From Octopus vulgaris (lineage: Eukaryota), in assembly GCA_951406725.2 (NCBI GenBank), contig OX597819.1:14260001-14324000 (forward strand): a DNA stretch of 64,000 bases, in the 5' to 3' direction. The notes under the pieces are model-generated. The model saw only the letters and a program-made list of their open reading frames with translations. It was not told where the DNA came from and did no database searches. Positions 1 through 12,493 of this stretch are shown here, in pieces (the stretch's first letter is position 1; every line of letters starts with the position of its first letter). Both the position numbers and the translations under genes were made by a program.

Positions 1-12
1 ACCACCATCACC

Positions 13-44
<32 letters not shown>

Positions 45-290
45 CACAACAGCCACCACAACCATCATCATCATCATCATTATCGTCATCACTACCATTG
101 TAATTATTTCCCGGTCTCCATCATTCTCTTCATCATAAATATCGTCATCGCCACCATCACCATCACCCCCATCGTCGTCATTACACCCATTACCCCCATC
201 ACTCTCCTCCTCCTCCTCCCCTCTTCTTCTTCTCTTTCTTTTTCAATGTTGCCCCCTCGTCTTTCCTTCGTTCTGTCGCCCCCTTCCTCC

Positions 291-323
<33 letters not shown>

Positions 324-1307
324 ATCTTGCCAGTCAGAGGTCAGCGGCTGGCCATTAAAATGTCCACTGGGCGGAGCAGAGGTGAAAAGGACAAACAGAT
401 GTTCAGTAAACACTCGCCCCCACCTCTCCTTTTCCCCCTACCCTCACCTATTCTTGTCCCTTAGACACTGAAAACGATGGAACGCGACCCCAATTCGCGG
501 ACGCAGTTTAGCCGCCAAGGCAGTCACAATCGAGCCGACCTATAATAAAAGGTGTTTCAGCCATGACCATCTCAACTGTTATCCTTCTTTAAGAGAGTAA
601 ATTATGATTTAAAAAAGTTTAGCTGCTATTTTTTCCAACGTAGAATCCCCTCCAATAATCGATCTTCTGTCAAGATCGATAATAGCTGCGACCAGAGTCC
701 TCCAGCCGTCACTGTCTGATACCACATTCTTTCAAAAACGTAGTTTAAGACATCATGATCCAATGTATACTTATATTCTTTTGAACGTGCGGTTTTCACG
801 GACATGTTACTGCTGTTTCTAGCAGGCCATGAGACAGCTTGACAACCAGTGTTGGTTTGTTTACGTTCCCGCAACTTAGCAAAATAGACCGATAGAATAA
901 GATCGAGGCTTTAAGAAAAAGTACTGAGATCAATTCGTTCGACAAACAAAAAGCCTCTTCCAGGCGGTGCATGGCTGCAGTCTGATGACTGGAATAAGTA
1001 AAAGATACAGAAAGCATCATTTCTATGTAGAGTACTCTCCATACAATAGGAGCCACAATAATATGAGGAAGCAGTGAACATATATTAAGGTGGTAGGTTG
1101 GTCGAATGTCTAAAGAATATTGCACAATATCAAACAGCTTTCTACATTCTGAATTGAAATACCATAAATCATACAATAACGAAAAACAAAAATAATTTAT
1201 AGACATAGTAAAACTATGCTTAAACCACGGTGTACCCTGCGTCAGGGTTGGGGATTTGAAGATCTCTCGAAAAATCTTGTATTATAATTGAGCAAATGAA
1301 GGATCAG

Positions 1308-1557
1308 TGGAGGCGCGTGGCCTAGTGGTGAGGGTGTCAGCACCATGATCGTAAGATTGTGGTTTCGATTCCTGGATCGGGCGACGCGTTGTGTTCTTGA
1401 GCAAAACACTTCATTTCACGTTGCTCCAGTCCACTCAGCTGGCAAAAGTGAGTAATGTTGCGATGGACTGGCGCCCCATCCAGCTGGGGAACACATATGT
1501 CATAGAAACCAAGAAACCGGGCCCATGAGCTTGGCTAGGCTTCAAAAGGGCGCATTT
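1308..1557 (+). mobile_element. tRNA-derived SINE (family B-related head, alternative tail)
   Basis: A box TGGCCTAGTGG, B box GGTTTCGATTCC, core GTGTTCTTGAGCAAAACACTT; the tail GCGATGGACTGGCG...GAAACCGGG resembles the tail of the 37988 copy. Confidence 0.8.
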
Positions 1558-1569
1558 ATTATATATATA

Positions 1570-1966
1570 CTAGCAGTATCGCCCGGCGTTGCTCGGGTTT
1601 GTAAGGGAAATAACTATATAAGCATTTTTAGAGATGTAAGGTATAATAGCCATCTCAATATGGCTAACCACAAAGGGGGGGGTGTTACTGTAGCTTTTTA
1701 CGTTCTGAGATTTAATAATAATTTTTTAGAGAGTTACTTCCCTTATATATGCCAAAAATGCATTAAAAATGGGAAAAAAGGATGGTAAATTTTTTTTGAA
1801 ATCGTAGACTCATCTTAGACGCGCGCTAATACCCAGAAGGGCTTGATATGAATCACGACTATAAGATACCCGGTTTTGTTTAAACTGCACCGCAAAATGT
1901 GGGAGTAGTTAGGAATCTAAATCGTAGGAGACAGACAGCACACAACCTCACTTTTATATATAAAGA
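1570..1966 (-). mobile_element. Non-autonomous Helitron (~395 bp)
   Basis: Minus strand starts A|TCTTTATATATAAAAG and ends with hairpin CCCGAGCAACGCCGGG, then CTAG|T; no TSD; 6 copies in the window. Confidence 0.85.
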
Positions 1967-2331
1967 TTTTTTTTTTAATGAAGGATCACTTACTCAGGAT
2001 GTTTGTCTTCAATTCTGAGCGGTCGATTGAATAAGATATAAACTATGTTGTTCATTCAATGGATTGATACTGGTCTACTGGTGACTTTTTTAGCAAAGGA
2101 CTAAGGCTGAAAATACCGAAACGAACCCTAGAGCTGCTGTTTGTTTATTCACGTGATTAGTATTGCTTCCCAGTACCTTCGATGTCCAGGTATTCATTTC
2201 ATATCGATAGAAGAACGAAGGTAAACAGAGATGTACTCCATTGCGCACTGAAAAAAGAAAAATAACCGTTGAAATAATAACAAAAGCAACAACCACAACA
2301 ATAATAATTATAACAATAATAATAAAATAAA

Positions 2332-2727
2332 CGCAGGAGTGGCTGTGTGGTAAGTAGCTTGCTAACCAACCACATGGTTCCGGGTTCAGTCCTACTGCGT
2401 GGCATCTTGGGCAAGTGTCTTCTGCTATAGCGCCGGGCCGACCAATGCCTTGTGAGTGGATTTGGTAGACGGAAACTGAAAGAAGCCTGTCATATATATG
2501 TATATATATGTGTGTTGGTGTGTCTGTGTTTGTCCCCCTAGCATTGCTTGACAACCGATGCTGGTGTGTTTATGTCCCCGTCACTTAGCGGTTCGGCAAA
2601 AGAGACCGATAGAATAAGTACTGGGCTTACAAAGAATAAGTCCCGGGGTCGATTTGCTCGACTAAAGGCGGTGCTCCAGCATGGCCGGAGTCAAATGACT
2701 GAAACAAGTAAAAGAGTAAAAGAGTAA
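2332..2727 (+). mobile_element. tRNA-derived SINE family C (GCAGGAGTGGCTGTGTGG head, internal TA/TG microsatellite, AAAAGAGT tail repeats)
   Basis: A/B-box-like head, CORE-like GTGGCATCTTGGGCAAGTGTCTT, many copies in the window. Confidence 0.85.
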
Positions 2728-2969
2728 ATAAATATAGTATATGTTTGTGATGGTTTGTTAAATAGAAGAAATAGCTCTCGTTTCAGCTGGAGTGTTTTAA
2801 TTTTCCAATGGAGTTCTCGGCATAAGTATACTTAACTTCAATATGATGAGTTTCTATGAATTCTCACATACCCGAAAGATACCCGTCCAAGAATACAGGA
2901 ATTGTATGAATAGTTGGTACTAACTTTCGAAAGTACTCTAAGTGTTTCCCCGAAGACACATGTGGAGTC

Positions 2970-3006
<37 letters not shown>

Positions 3007-3144
3007 CTCGAAACGTGTGAATGCATTTTTGTATATGTATGTATGTGTGTGTGTATGTATATGTGTGTGTGTGTGTGTGTGAGTATGCGTGAGTGTGTAT
3101 GTGTGTGTGTCTGTATAGAAAGTTAGATTAGCAGTTACATATGT

Positions 3145-3217
<73 letters not shown>

Positions 3218-3395
3218 GAGTCACAGTTATGCCAATTTGTAAGGAACGCTATAAACTAAAACCACAAGACATTATCTGAAACAGGTTCGCGATCTTGCTT
3301 ATTGCTGTTTCCGTTTCCGGTTCTCTGTTGTTGTTTTTTTATCATTGTTATTAGTTTTCTTTTTACTGCCATAGAAACGCTGGCAAAAGCACAGG

Positions 3396-3422
3396 AACAA
3401 CAACAACAACAACAACAACAAT

Positions 3423-3514
<92 letters not shown>

Positions 3515-3546
3515 CAGTACTAGTAGTAGTAGTAGTAGTAGTAGTT

Positions 3547-3583
<37 letters not shown>

Positions 3584-3609
3584 CAGTACTAGTAGTAGTA
3601 GTAGTAGTT

Positions 3610-3648
<39 letters not shown>

Positions 3649-3652
3649 ATAG
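3396..3652. repeat. (CAA)n/(CAG)n/(TAG)n compound microsatellite
   Basis: direct inspection. Confidence 0.95.
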
Positions 3653-3873
3653 TTGCTGTTGCAGTTGTTGTTGTTTAGCCCCAGGCCAGCCTTCCCACCG
3701 AGCAAGAATCCAACCGAGACCATTCCATGTATTTTCCCGATGAGCATCAGTCTTCTGTCCCCCATCGTCTCAAATGGATTTCTTCAAAGAAGATCCGAGC
3801 AAGATTTTCCTCTTCTTTTTTTTTTTAATATAGAAATAGTTTTGGTTGTTTTCCTTGCTGGTTTCACTTTCGT

Positions 3874-4263
3874 TGCCGCCGCCGCCGCCGCCGTCGTCGT
3901 CGTCGTCGTTGTCGTCTCCTCCCCTCCTTTTTCTTCTTCTCCTCCTCCTTCTTCTCTCTTCCTCCTCTCCTTCTCCTCCTCCTTCTCCTTCTTCTCACTT
4001 CCTCCTTCTCTCTTCCTCCTTCTCCCCTCCTCCTTCTTCTTCTACTTCTTCCCCTCTTCCTTCTTTTTCTACTTCTTCCCCTCCTCCTCCTCCTCTCTCT
4101 CCTTCTCTCTTCCCCCTCCTTCTCTCTCTCCCCTCCCCTCCTCATTCTTCTTCTACTTCTTCTCCTCCTTCTTCTCACTTCCTCCTCCTCCTCCTCCTCC
4201 TCCTCCTCCTCCTCCTTCTTCTTCTTCTTCTTCTTCTTCTTCTTCTTCTTCTTCTTCTTCTTC
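3874..4263. repeat. GCC/GTC and polypyrimidine (CCT/CTT) low-complexity tract
   Basis: direct inspection. Confidence 0.9.
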
Positions 4264-4549
4264 CCCACTCGATATAAACGAAACAGCCGAGACACATGAA
4301 ATAATTGTTCTTGCAAGTAAAGCAACGTCAGAATTATTGAGATGCGCCGACCTTAGACATTCCCCAAAACGAGTAACTTCCTCTTCGTACGATTTACTTT
4401 CTCCGACAATGAAGACGAAACACTTGTTATAATGATTCTTGGAATAGTTTCTCTCGCCAGGAAAGAGATGTTGGACCTTGCATCCGTAATTATTATCATT
4501 CGCTGAATCGTTTGCGCGTCGGAGAAAAAGCTTGGCGGTATTTCCTTCG

Positions 4550-4802
4550 TCTAGCAGAATCGTTAGCACTATTCCTTCGGCTAGCAGAATCGTTAGCACG
4601 TCGGGCGAAATGCTTAGCGGTATTTCGGCTGCCGTTACGTTGTGAGTTCAAATTCCGCCGAGGTCGAGTTTGCCTTTCATCCTTTCGGGGTCGATAAATT
4701 AAGTACCAGTTAAGCACTGGGGTCGATATAATCGACTTAATACCTATGTCTGTCCATGTTTGTCCCATCTATGTTTAGCCCCTTGTGGGTAATAAAGAAA
4801 TA
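4550..4802 (+). mobile_element. SINE family A, young copy inserted into an older family A copy
   Basis: GAGTTCAAATTCC B box and GCCTTTCATCCTTTCGGGGTCGATAAA core; flanked by direct repeat GGTATTTCCTTCG (4537-4549, 4803-4815); degenerate family A sequence continues on both sides. Confidence 0.8.
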
Positions 4803-4927
4803 GGTATTTCCTTCGGCTCTCCACGCTCTGAGTTCATAGCCCGCCGTGGATAAAATAAAGTTCAATTCCAAGAACCCTAATCGATGCAATCCTAAAATTA
4901 CCGTCCTCGTGTTACAACTTATTGATA

Positions 4928-5163
4928 TGGTGATACCTTGGCTATCACGGATGTTACGTTCCAAAACTCCCTGCGTTCGGTGAAAATCCGCGAAGTAGAA
5001 ACAGTACTGTATATTTTTTTTTAAATTATTTTTATAATTTGTAAATATTTATTTTATTATAAATGCAGATGAATCGACGTTAGCTTAAATAATAAACCGC
5101 GATAGGTGAACCGCGATAGGTGAATCACGGTAGGTGAATCGCGATATGGCGAGAGATTTACTG
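4928..5163. mobile_element. Probable pogo/Tigger-like MITE remnant
   Basis: Right end ...GATTTACTG|TA; subterminal tandem AACCGCGATAGGTG repeats; left end degenerate. Confidence 0.45.
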
Positions 5164-5547
5164 TATTTCGAAAGTTTTTATATCTCACTCCTATGATGGA
5201 ATTTGGTGAGTCTACTCTTGGATAACAAGCCACCAATTTGGGAACTCAGCCATCCAAGAAGTTTCGGCTGATTTCCGCTGTTCCTAATAAGCAGATTAGT
5301 TACATGTATTCGATGCGCTTCTCCAAACCAATACTTTCTGTCTGCTCCTTAAGCCCTTTCTCCGTCGTCCCTAAGGCTCCATTGACAATTGGTACGACTT
5401 CACCTTTTCTGCAACCCCCACAATCTGTTTATCTCTTTCTCTTCAGGTCCCCGTATATATCTACCTTGTTGATTTCGTTTCCTTGTCATCTTGTATCAAA
5501 TAGACAGACTTCATCAATTAGGAAGAACGTTTCATTTTAGTGTTATA

Positions 5548-5941
5548 CTAGCAGTATCGCCCGGTGTTGCTCGGGTTTGTAATGGAAATAACTATATAAG
5601 CATTTTTAGAGATGTAAAGTATAATAGCCATCTCAATATGGCTAACCACAAAGGGGGGGTGTTACTGTAGCTTTTTACGTTCTGAGATTTAATAATAAAT
5701 TTTTAGAGAGTTACTTCCCTTATATAAGCCAAAAATGCATTAAAAATGGGAAAAATTTATGGTAATTCTTTTTTAAAAATCGTAGACTCATCGTAGACGC
5801 ACGCTAATACCCAGAAGGGCTCGATATGAATCACGATTATAAGATACCCGGTTTTGGTTAAACTGCACCGCAAAATGTGGGAGTAGTTAGGAATCTAAAT
5901 CGTAGGAGACAGACACACAATTTCACTTTTATATATAAAGA
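5548..5941 (-). mobile_element. Non-autonomous Helitron
   Basis: A|TC start, hairpin + CTAG|T end; near-identical to the 1570-1966 copy. Confidence 0.85.
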
Positions 5942-5945
5942 TATT

Positions 5946-7202
5946 CAGGGTGCGATGGGTAAATTGTCACTATTTTATAATTTTAATTTCGCGCCTAAGC
6001 ATTGTTTATTTTTGATTTTGTCGGCTACACGGTATAGTAGGGTCAGTTGTGCACCGTCTGTGAGAAAAATAGTAGCATGATACAATTCATTCTGCCAGAA
6101 ATTTGGAGACAACATGCTGTAGTGCTTGGTATTCGCGCCAGAAGCTTCAAAACGAACGTTTCAGAGTGTTTGGGTATCAATCTGACGACAGTGCAGAGGA
6201 TTCGGAAAGAGTTGGATGAGTCTAATTGTGATTACGAAGGTACAGCAGCTCGGAAAACTCACTCTGATCGTTCTGATAAGAAAAGAACTCCTGCATTTGT
6301 TGGTCAGATCCAGACTGTGATTGACAATGATCCCTCCAAGCCAGTTAGAACCATCTCCTGGGACATGGAAGTGTCTCAGTTTCTTATCAGACAGGTAGTG
6401 CATGAAGACATTCGGTATTCCGCATACAAAATGGGAAAAGGCCAATTTTTATGCCAAGCCATTAAGGAAAAGAGGTAAGACCGCACTGCGAAGCTTTTGA
6501 AGAAACTCAAGCATCCACTCCGACCGAACATGCTTTGGTTTTTCTCAGACGAGAAAATTCTCTACCAGAACCAGATGATGAAAACACAGAACAGCCACTA
6601 GCTTGCCGTGTCCCCAAAACATATACAGAGAGTGATAAAAATCAAACATCCAATCAACATCATGGTGTTTATAGTGATCACTAATGATGGTGACGTTATG
6701 CCTCCATTCATTATCCCACATGGCCTCAGACTCAACACAGAGGCCTACATCAAGTGCCTGGAGGAGGTAGTGCTGCCCTGAGTTAAGAAGGTGGTTGCTG
6801 GAAGATCCTATGTCATGGCTGTCAGACAATTTCTGCAACCACATCACCCTTAACATCTGGCCACCTAACTCCCCAGACAGCAACCCTCTTGATTATTATG
6901 TGTGGGGTGCAGTTGAGCGAGAGACCAACAAAACTCCTTGTAACACCAAAGATGAACTGAAGGCAAGGATTATGATAGCATTCACCAGCTTAAACAAGGA
7001 GACCATCCATAAGAGTTGTAGGAGATTCCGAAGTCCTCTGGAGGCTGTGGTTGAAGCCAATGGTGATTTTATTGAATAAATTTACTCTTTAGTATTTCAA
7101 GATATTTTTGTGTAATTTTGGTAAATATACAAATTAATATGAGATGTCAGTGTTATTTTCATTTTTGCGTAATTTAGACGACAATTTATTGACCGCACCC
7201 TG
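5946..7202 (+). mobile_element. Degraded Tc1/mariner-superfamily transposon, maT (DD37D)-like
   Basis: Imperfect TIRs CAGGGTGCG..TAAATTGTC; HTH-like ORF 6047-6478; FSDEK and WPPNSPDSNPLDYYVWG motifs; stop codons; the second catalytic D region is missing, so the subgroup is inferred. Confidence 0.8.
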
Positions 7203-7214
7203 TGTGTGTGTGTC

Positions 7215-7281
<67 letters not shown>

Positions 7282-7389
7282 TGTGTGTGTGTATTGCGTT
7301 ACATATATGTATGTATGTATGTGTGTGTATGTATGTATGTATATATGTATGTATGCACGTGTGTGTGTGTATGTGTGTATGTATGTATA

Positions 7390-8619
7390 CGAGGGTTGGG
7401 TGAAAAGTTCATAGACTGATTATGAAGGAATGATGCTAGAGGTTTGAGATCTTGCAGGCATTAACATCAACTCTTCTTATTAATATCCGCATTATTTCTT
7501 CCTGGGTAAAGTGACATTTAACTATTCAAAGAACACTTCAAATGTATCTGGTAGCGACTTCTCTTGTAGATGGACAAAATTTGGCATCATGCTGTAATCA
7601 AGTACCTGTTAAAAAAAAAAAAGGGTCTAGCCCCCAAGGATATTCATACAGATATGCTTACTACATTAAAAGATGATATTTCAGCTTTATCAACAGTGTC
7701 ACAGTAACTAAAATTTGAAGGAGGAGGAAGAGTCTTGAAGATATCCCAAGGTCTGGACGTCCTGTTACTGCCACCACTGAAAAGAAATATTGATCATGTT
7801 CACTCCAATCAAATAGCAAACGCTACTAATATATCCAGCGGAAGAGTTAAGAATATTCTGCGCAATGAACTTTGCATGAAAAAGGTTTCTGCTCGGTGGG
7901 TGTTACGTATTCTGACATCTGATCAAAAGCGTACCGGGCTGATCACATCACGGTAAAATCTGACATTATTTGAGGCAGACCCAGCTAGTTCCCTTGCACC
8001 TTTCCTAACCCAAGATGAGTGTTAGGTTCGTTATTGAGTCAGAGACAAAGAGACAATCCATGCGGTAGAAACACCCCTCTTCTCCAAAGAAGGCCAACGT
8101 CATTTCATCTGCAAGGAAAGAGACGACTTCAGTTTTTTGAGGTGCAAAAGTCATTGTGTTTATTGACTATCTCCAGAAGGGTCATACCATCAACGGAGAG
8201 TACTATGCCAACTTGGTGAGGCAGTTAGGAAAGGCTATTAAAAACTGACGGTAAGGGCTTTGTTTCACCAGGACAATGCTCCAACACACAAATCCTTGGT
8301 TGAAATGACAGCTGTGCGTGGCTGTGGCTTTGAACTAGTTGACTAAACTCTCCGTTCTCCTGCTTTGGCCTCATCTGAATATCATCTGTTCACGATGAAG
8401 GAAAAACACTTGGCTGCGAACCAGTATCGCTTATCGTCATATCGTCAGATGACGTCATATCGTCATATGACGTCATATCAGCTGTTGATAACCATCAGGA
8501 TGAAAGCTTCTTCACCAATGAGATCCAAGTTACTGCAACAAGGGGACAATGTTGGAAGTTAAACCTTATTTTGTCACATTCCAAGAGAATGTTTGAAACT
8601 TTTCAGCCGAACCCCATCG
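7390..8619 (+). mobile_element. Degraded mariner (DD34D-type) transposon
   Basis: TA|CGAGGGTTGGGTGAAAAGTTC with an imperfect inverse at ~8596-8619; remnants KKVSARWVLRILT (WVPREL-like), FHQDNAPTH, SPALASSEYHLF (YSPDLAPSDY-like); frameshifts and stops. Confidence 0.85.
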
Positions 8620-8642
8620 CACACACACACACACACACACAG

Positions 8643-8675
<33 letters not shown>

Positions 8676-9061
8676 CACACACATCGAGAGAGATAGATAG
8701 ATAGACAGACAGACAGGTAGGTAGATAGATAGACAGACAGATAGGTAGGTAGGTAGGTAGATAGATAGATAGATTAGATAGTGCTTTTCGTGGCTATTTA
8801 GTTGTTTTGACTCTTATTTCTAGCAATACTGGTGCTGATTGGTGCCTTTTGTTCAGTTTAGTGACGTATATATTTCTGCCTTTAGGTTGAAAAATTGCGA
8901 ATAAGCCAGAGAGAGAGAGAGGGGGGAGTGAAAGAGGGAGAAGGTGTAGAGTGCGTGTGTGTGTGTATGTGTGTGTGAAAGAGAGGGGAGAGAGTGAAAA
9001 GGGTGTAGAGAGTGTGTGTGTGTGAGAGAGAGAGAGGTGGGAGTGAAAGAGAGACGGTGTA

Positions 9062-9094
<33 letters not shown>

Positions 9095-9128
9095 GGGGAG
9101 AGTGAAAGAGAGAGACGGTGTAGAGTGC

Positions 9129-9160
<32 letters not shown>

Positions 9161-9774
9161 CAGACAGACGGAGAGAGAAGGCGAATGTAAAAAAAAAAAA
9201 AAGAAGGAAAAGTGAGTGGATGGAAGAAGAAGAAGGAATGAGTGAAAGAAGCCTGGAGCTGCGATTGTTGGAAGTGGTTAGTTTTATGTTGTTTCAAACT
9301 CGACTCTAATTATTGTGACACAAAAGCTTCTGGTTTAATGAGAATTACATGTAAATCTTTCAGGATTTTGCTGTATTTTTTGTATAATATAATTTCATCA
9401 ATTTCTAATTAAGTTTTTATGGTTATCATCAAACCGTTCAGTGCAGGCGGCAGACACGGGTCTCACTGATTTATAAGTCATCAAGAGTAACTACGGAAGG
9501 CCATGAAGGTCATAATTAAAACTGTGTATCGGTTCATTACCGAATATTTGCCCTCTTTAAATAACTTGCATTATTGAATGTCATTGTTATATCAATAACT
9601 GATCGATAATGAACATTTTTAAATCGATATGTAACCAAGAAATAATTACCAATTAATTAATAAGCATGAAACGTGAGAAAGAGGGCGCTGAGTAACATTC
9701 GGAAATATGGGTTGCATAGCCGTTTGACCCACGAATAGTTAAGAAGGAAGGCGAAAGATTAGGTGTAGCCACTC

Positions 9775-10090
9775 CTTTTAAATACGTGATAGCCCGAGTC
9801 TGGAAGATGAAGAAGGTGAAGATAGTGCCAATTATTGTCGGGGCCTTGGAGACAATATCAAAAGACATTGAGAGGAATATAAAGGAAATGGGAATAGAGT
9901 GCCCAGTAGAACTGGGTAAAAAGTTTTCTTCAAGTTTGCCCCAAAACATTTGCCTCCTTGGCACAAGCAAAATCATCGGGAAAGTATTGGACAGTCGAAG
10001 AGAAGAGACAACATGGTACCGCTGGGTGCAGGTAGCAAGACCTTCCTCTCATGCAAGACTGCGGGAGAGTCAACAAAAGCTGAGTTAAAA
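9775..10090 (+). mobile_element. 3' fragment of an RLE-type (R4/Dong-like) non-LTR retrotransposon
   Basis: IARVWKMKKVKIVPIIVGALETISK...ICLLGTSKIIGKVL resembles the C-terminus of R4-clade ORFs. Confidence 0.65.
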
Positions 10091-10092
10091 GA

Positions 10093-10402
10093 ATGATGAT
10101 GATGATGATGATGACGGCGACGACGTAGACGTTGTTGATGACAATGATGATGATGGTGATGATGATGGTGATGATGATGATAATGATTTTGACGACGACA
10201 ACGACGACGACGATGATGATGATGATGATGATTTTGACGACGACGATGATGATGACGATGACGATGATGACGTCGACGACGATGTTGATGGTGATGATGA
10301 TGACGATGACGATGATGACGACGACGACGACGACGTTGATGGTGATGATAATGATGATGATGATGATTATGATGACGATGACGACGACGACGACGTTGAT
10401 GG

Positions 10403-10435
<33 letters not shown>

Positions 10436-10477
10436 CGACGATGATGATGACGATGATGATGATGATGATAATGACGA
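10093..10477. repeat. (GAT/GAC)n compound microsatellite
   Basis: direct inspection. Confidence 0.95.
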
Positions 10478-10791
10478 TCCAGTTTGTACAATTTGACTAT
10501 AGTTAACTTATATATCCTTGTTGTTTAATCCTCTCACCTTGATGCTGGCCTGTAGCCTTCAGATGGTTTGCATTCCGTTTTCCAGTCATCTGTCAAAGCG
10601 TGCAGTCAGTTACGCCAAAATATATAAATATTAAACAGAAGAGAACCCGGCATGCAAGCTTCTATGTCTCACGGTTTTTCACTTGAGGAATGGGCGGAGG
10701 AGATTCGCGAATGAGATCGGACAACCAAACAAAGGATCCCGATTCGCAGACAAAAAAAGCCTGATGTCATTCTGTTCGTATTCTCCCAAAC

Positions 10792-11179
10792 AGTGGAGGC
10801 GCAATGGCCCAGTGGTTAGGGCAGCGGACTCGCGGTCATAGGATCGCGGTTTCGATTCCCAGACCGGCGTTGTGAGTGTTTATTGAGCGAAAACACCTAA
10901 AAGCTCCACGAGGCTCCGCCAGGGATGGTGGTGAACCCTTCTGTACTCTTTCACCACAACTTTCTCTCACTCTTACTTCCTGTTTCTGTTGTACCTGTAT
11001 TTCAAGGGGCCGGCCTTGTCACTCTCTGTGTCACGCTGAATATCCCCGAGAACTACGTTAAGGGTGCACGTGTCTGTGGAGTGCTCAGCCACTTACACGT
11101 TAATTTCACGAGCAGACTGTTCCGTTGATTCGGATCAACCGGAACCCTCATCGTCGTAACCGACGGAGTATTTCCATCC
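10792..11179 (+). mobile_element. tRNA-derived SINE family B (GGAGGCGCAATGG head; resembles octopus OR-type SINEs), full length
   Basis: A box TGGCCCAGTGG, B box GGTTTCGATTCC; 12-bp TSD ATTCTCCCAAAC (10780-10791, 11180-11191). Confidence 0.9.
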
Positions 11180-11600
11180 ATTCTCCCAAACCACAACCAC
11201 CCTTCCGCATTTTGTATTTATAAAAAAAATTCCCCTTTGTTTTTCGCATAAAGCAAATACACCGATGAGAATGTCATTGTCTTTGTCTTGTTATCTTATT
11301 TAGATCCGGATCCAGTATCAAACAGAAGTGACCTCGGTCCTGGTAAAGGTCAGATAGCAGAGTTGTTACATAGAAATTCAGTAACGTGACATAGCAATAT
11401 AGAATGACACAAACCACTCACTGATACCAACCGGACACTCAGTAAATTTAGGTTGGCTGCGCTTCTCGGCAGAACGACTCATTCCTCGCTGATGATGTCC
11501 ACCCTGGGAGTAGTCTTTCCTGAAGAAAGAATTGGCCTTACTAGACTCATTGCAAGAGTTCTGTCCAAATAGCATAAACTCTTGCAGTGAAGCTGTATCT

Positions 11601-12275
11601 ACACTCATTGTTACACTGCCTGTAACAATTGTTCGAAGTGCTGAGGTAGTTTCTTTATTTGAGCACACAGGCTCTTACGAAGAGGGGACGATACGTGGAG
11701 AGACAACACAAAACAGTGGGGGGTACATAAAACATATAACGAATGAAGTAATGAATTATAATGATAAAATGAAAAATGCAATGTTTTACCTGCTCCCCAT
11801 TCTTCGCAGGCAGTGTCATTCAACTGTTCATTTATAACATTTAGGTGGAGGCGCAATGGCCCAGTGGTTAGGGCAGCGGACTCGCGGTCATAGGATCGCG
11901 GTTTCGATTCCCAGACCGGGCGTTGTGAGTGTTTATTGAGCGATAAACACTCACAACGCCCGGTCTGGGAATCGAAACCGCGACCCTATGACCGCGAGTC
12001 CGCTGCCCTAACCACTGGGCCATTGCGCCTCCTCACACTCATTGTACACTGCCTGTAACAATTGTTCGAAGTGCTGAGGTAGTTTCTTTATTTGAGCACA
12101 CAGGCTCTTACGAAGAGGGGTCAATACATGGACAGACAACACAACACAGTGGGGGTACATAAAACATATAACGAATGAAGTAATGAATTATAATGATAAA
12201 ATGAAAAATGCAATGTTTTACCTGCTCCCCATTCTTCGCACGCAGTGTCATTCAACTGTTCATTTATAACATTTA
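11601..12275. repeat. ~242-bp direct repeat enclosing a 90-bp-arm palindrome made of two SINE B heads
   Basis: Direct repeats 11601-11843 and 12035-12275; inverted arms 11847-11936 and 11943-12032; loop TGAGCG. Confidence 0.95.
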
Positions 12276-12433
12276 ACAATGTTTTTCAAAAGTCACTATT
12301 TAAAATTTTAAACATTTTACTTTCATTTGCATTATGTGTTCTATTCAGTCCTTAAATGCCTCCACTGGTGGCAACCCATCGTACCGAACCTGTATCGGCG
12401 ATATTTCGATTTTCTCTCCAAATACCTCCTTCA

Positions 12434-12493
<60 letters not shown>

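Noticed and set aside
361-380. CTCF-like motif TCCACTGGGCGGAGC
   Set aside because: Several mismatches to the consensus; not distinguishable from chance.
3653-4432. Long ORFs of 140-280 aa here and at 9973, 40024, 48431, 54524 and 62888
   Set aside because: Translations of microsatellites (poly-S/P/H/M/IY); no domain content.
10792-10870. tRNA gene
   Set aside because: SINE head: continues into a repeated body and is bounded by a TSD.
11642-11650. let-7-like TGAGGTAGT
   Set aside because: The match stops after 9 nt and there is no precursor hairpin.
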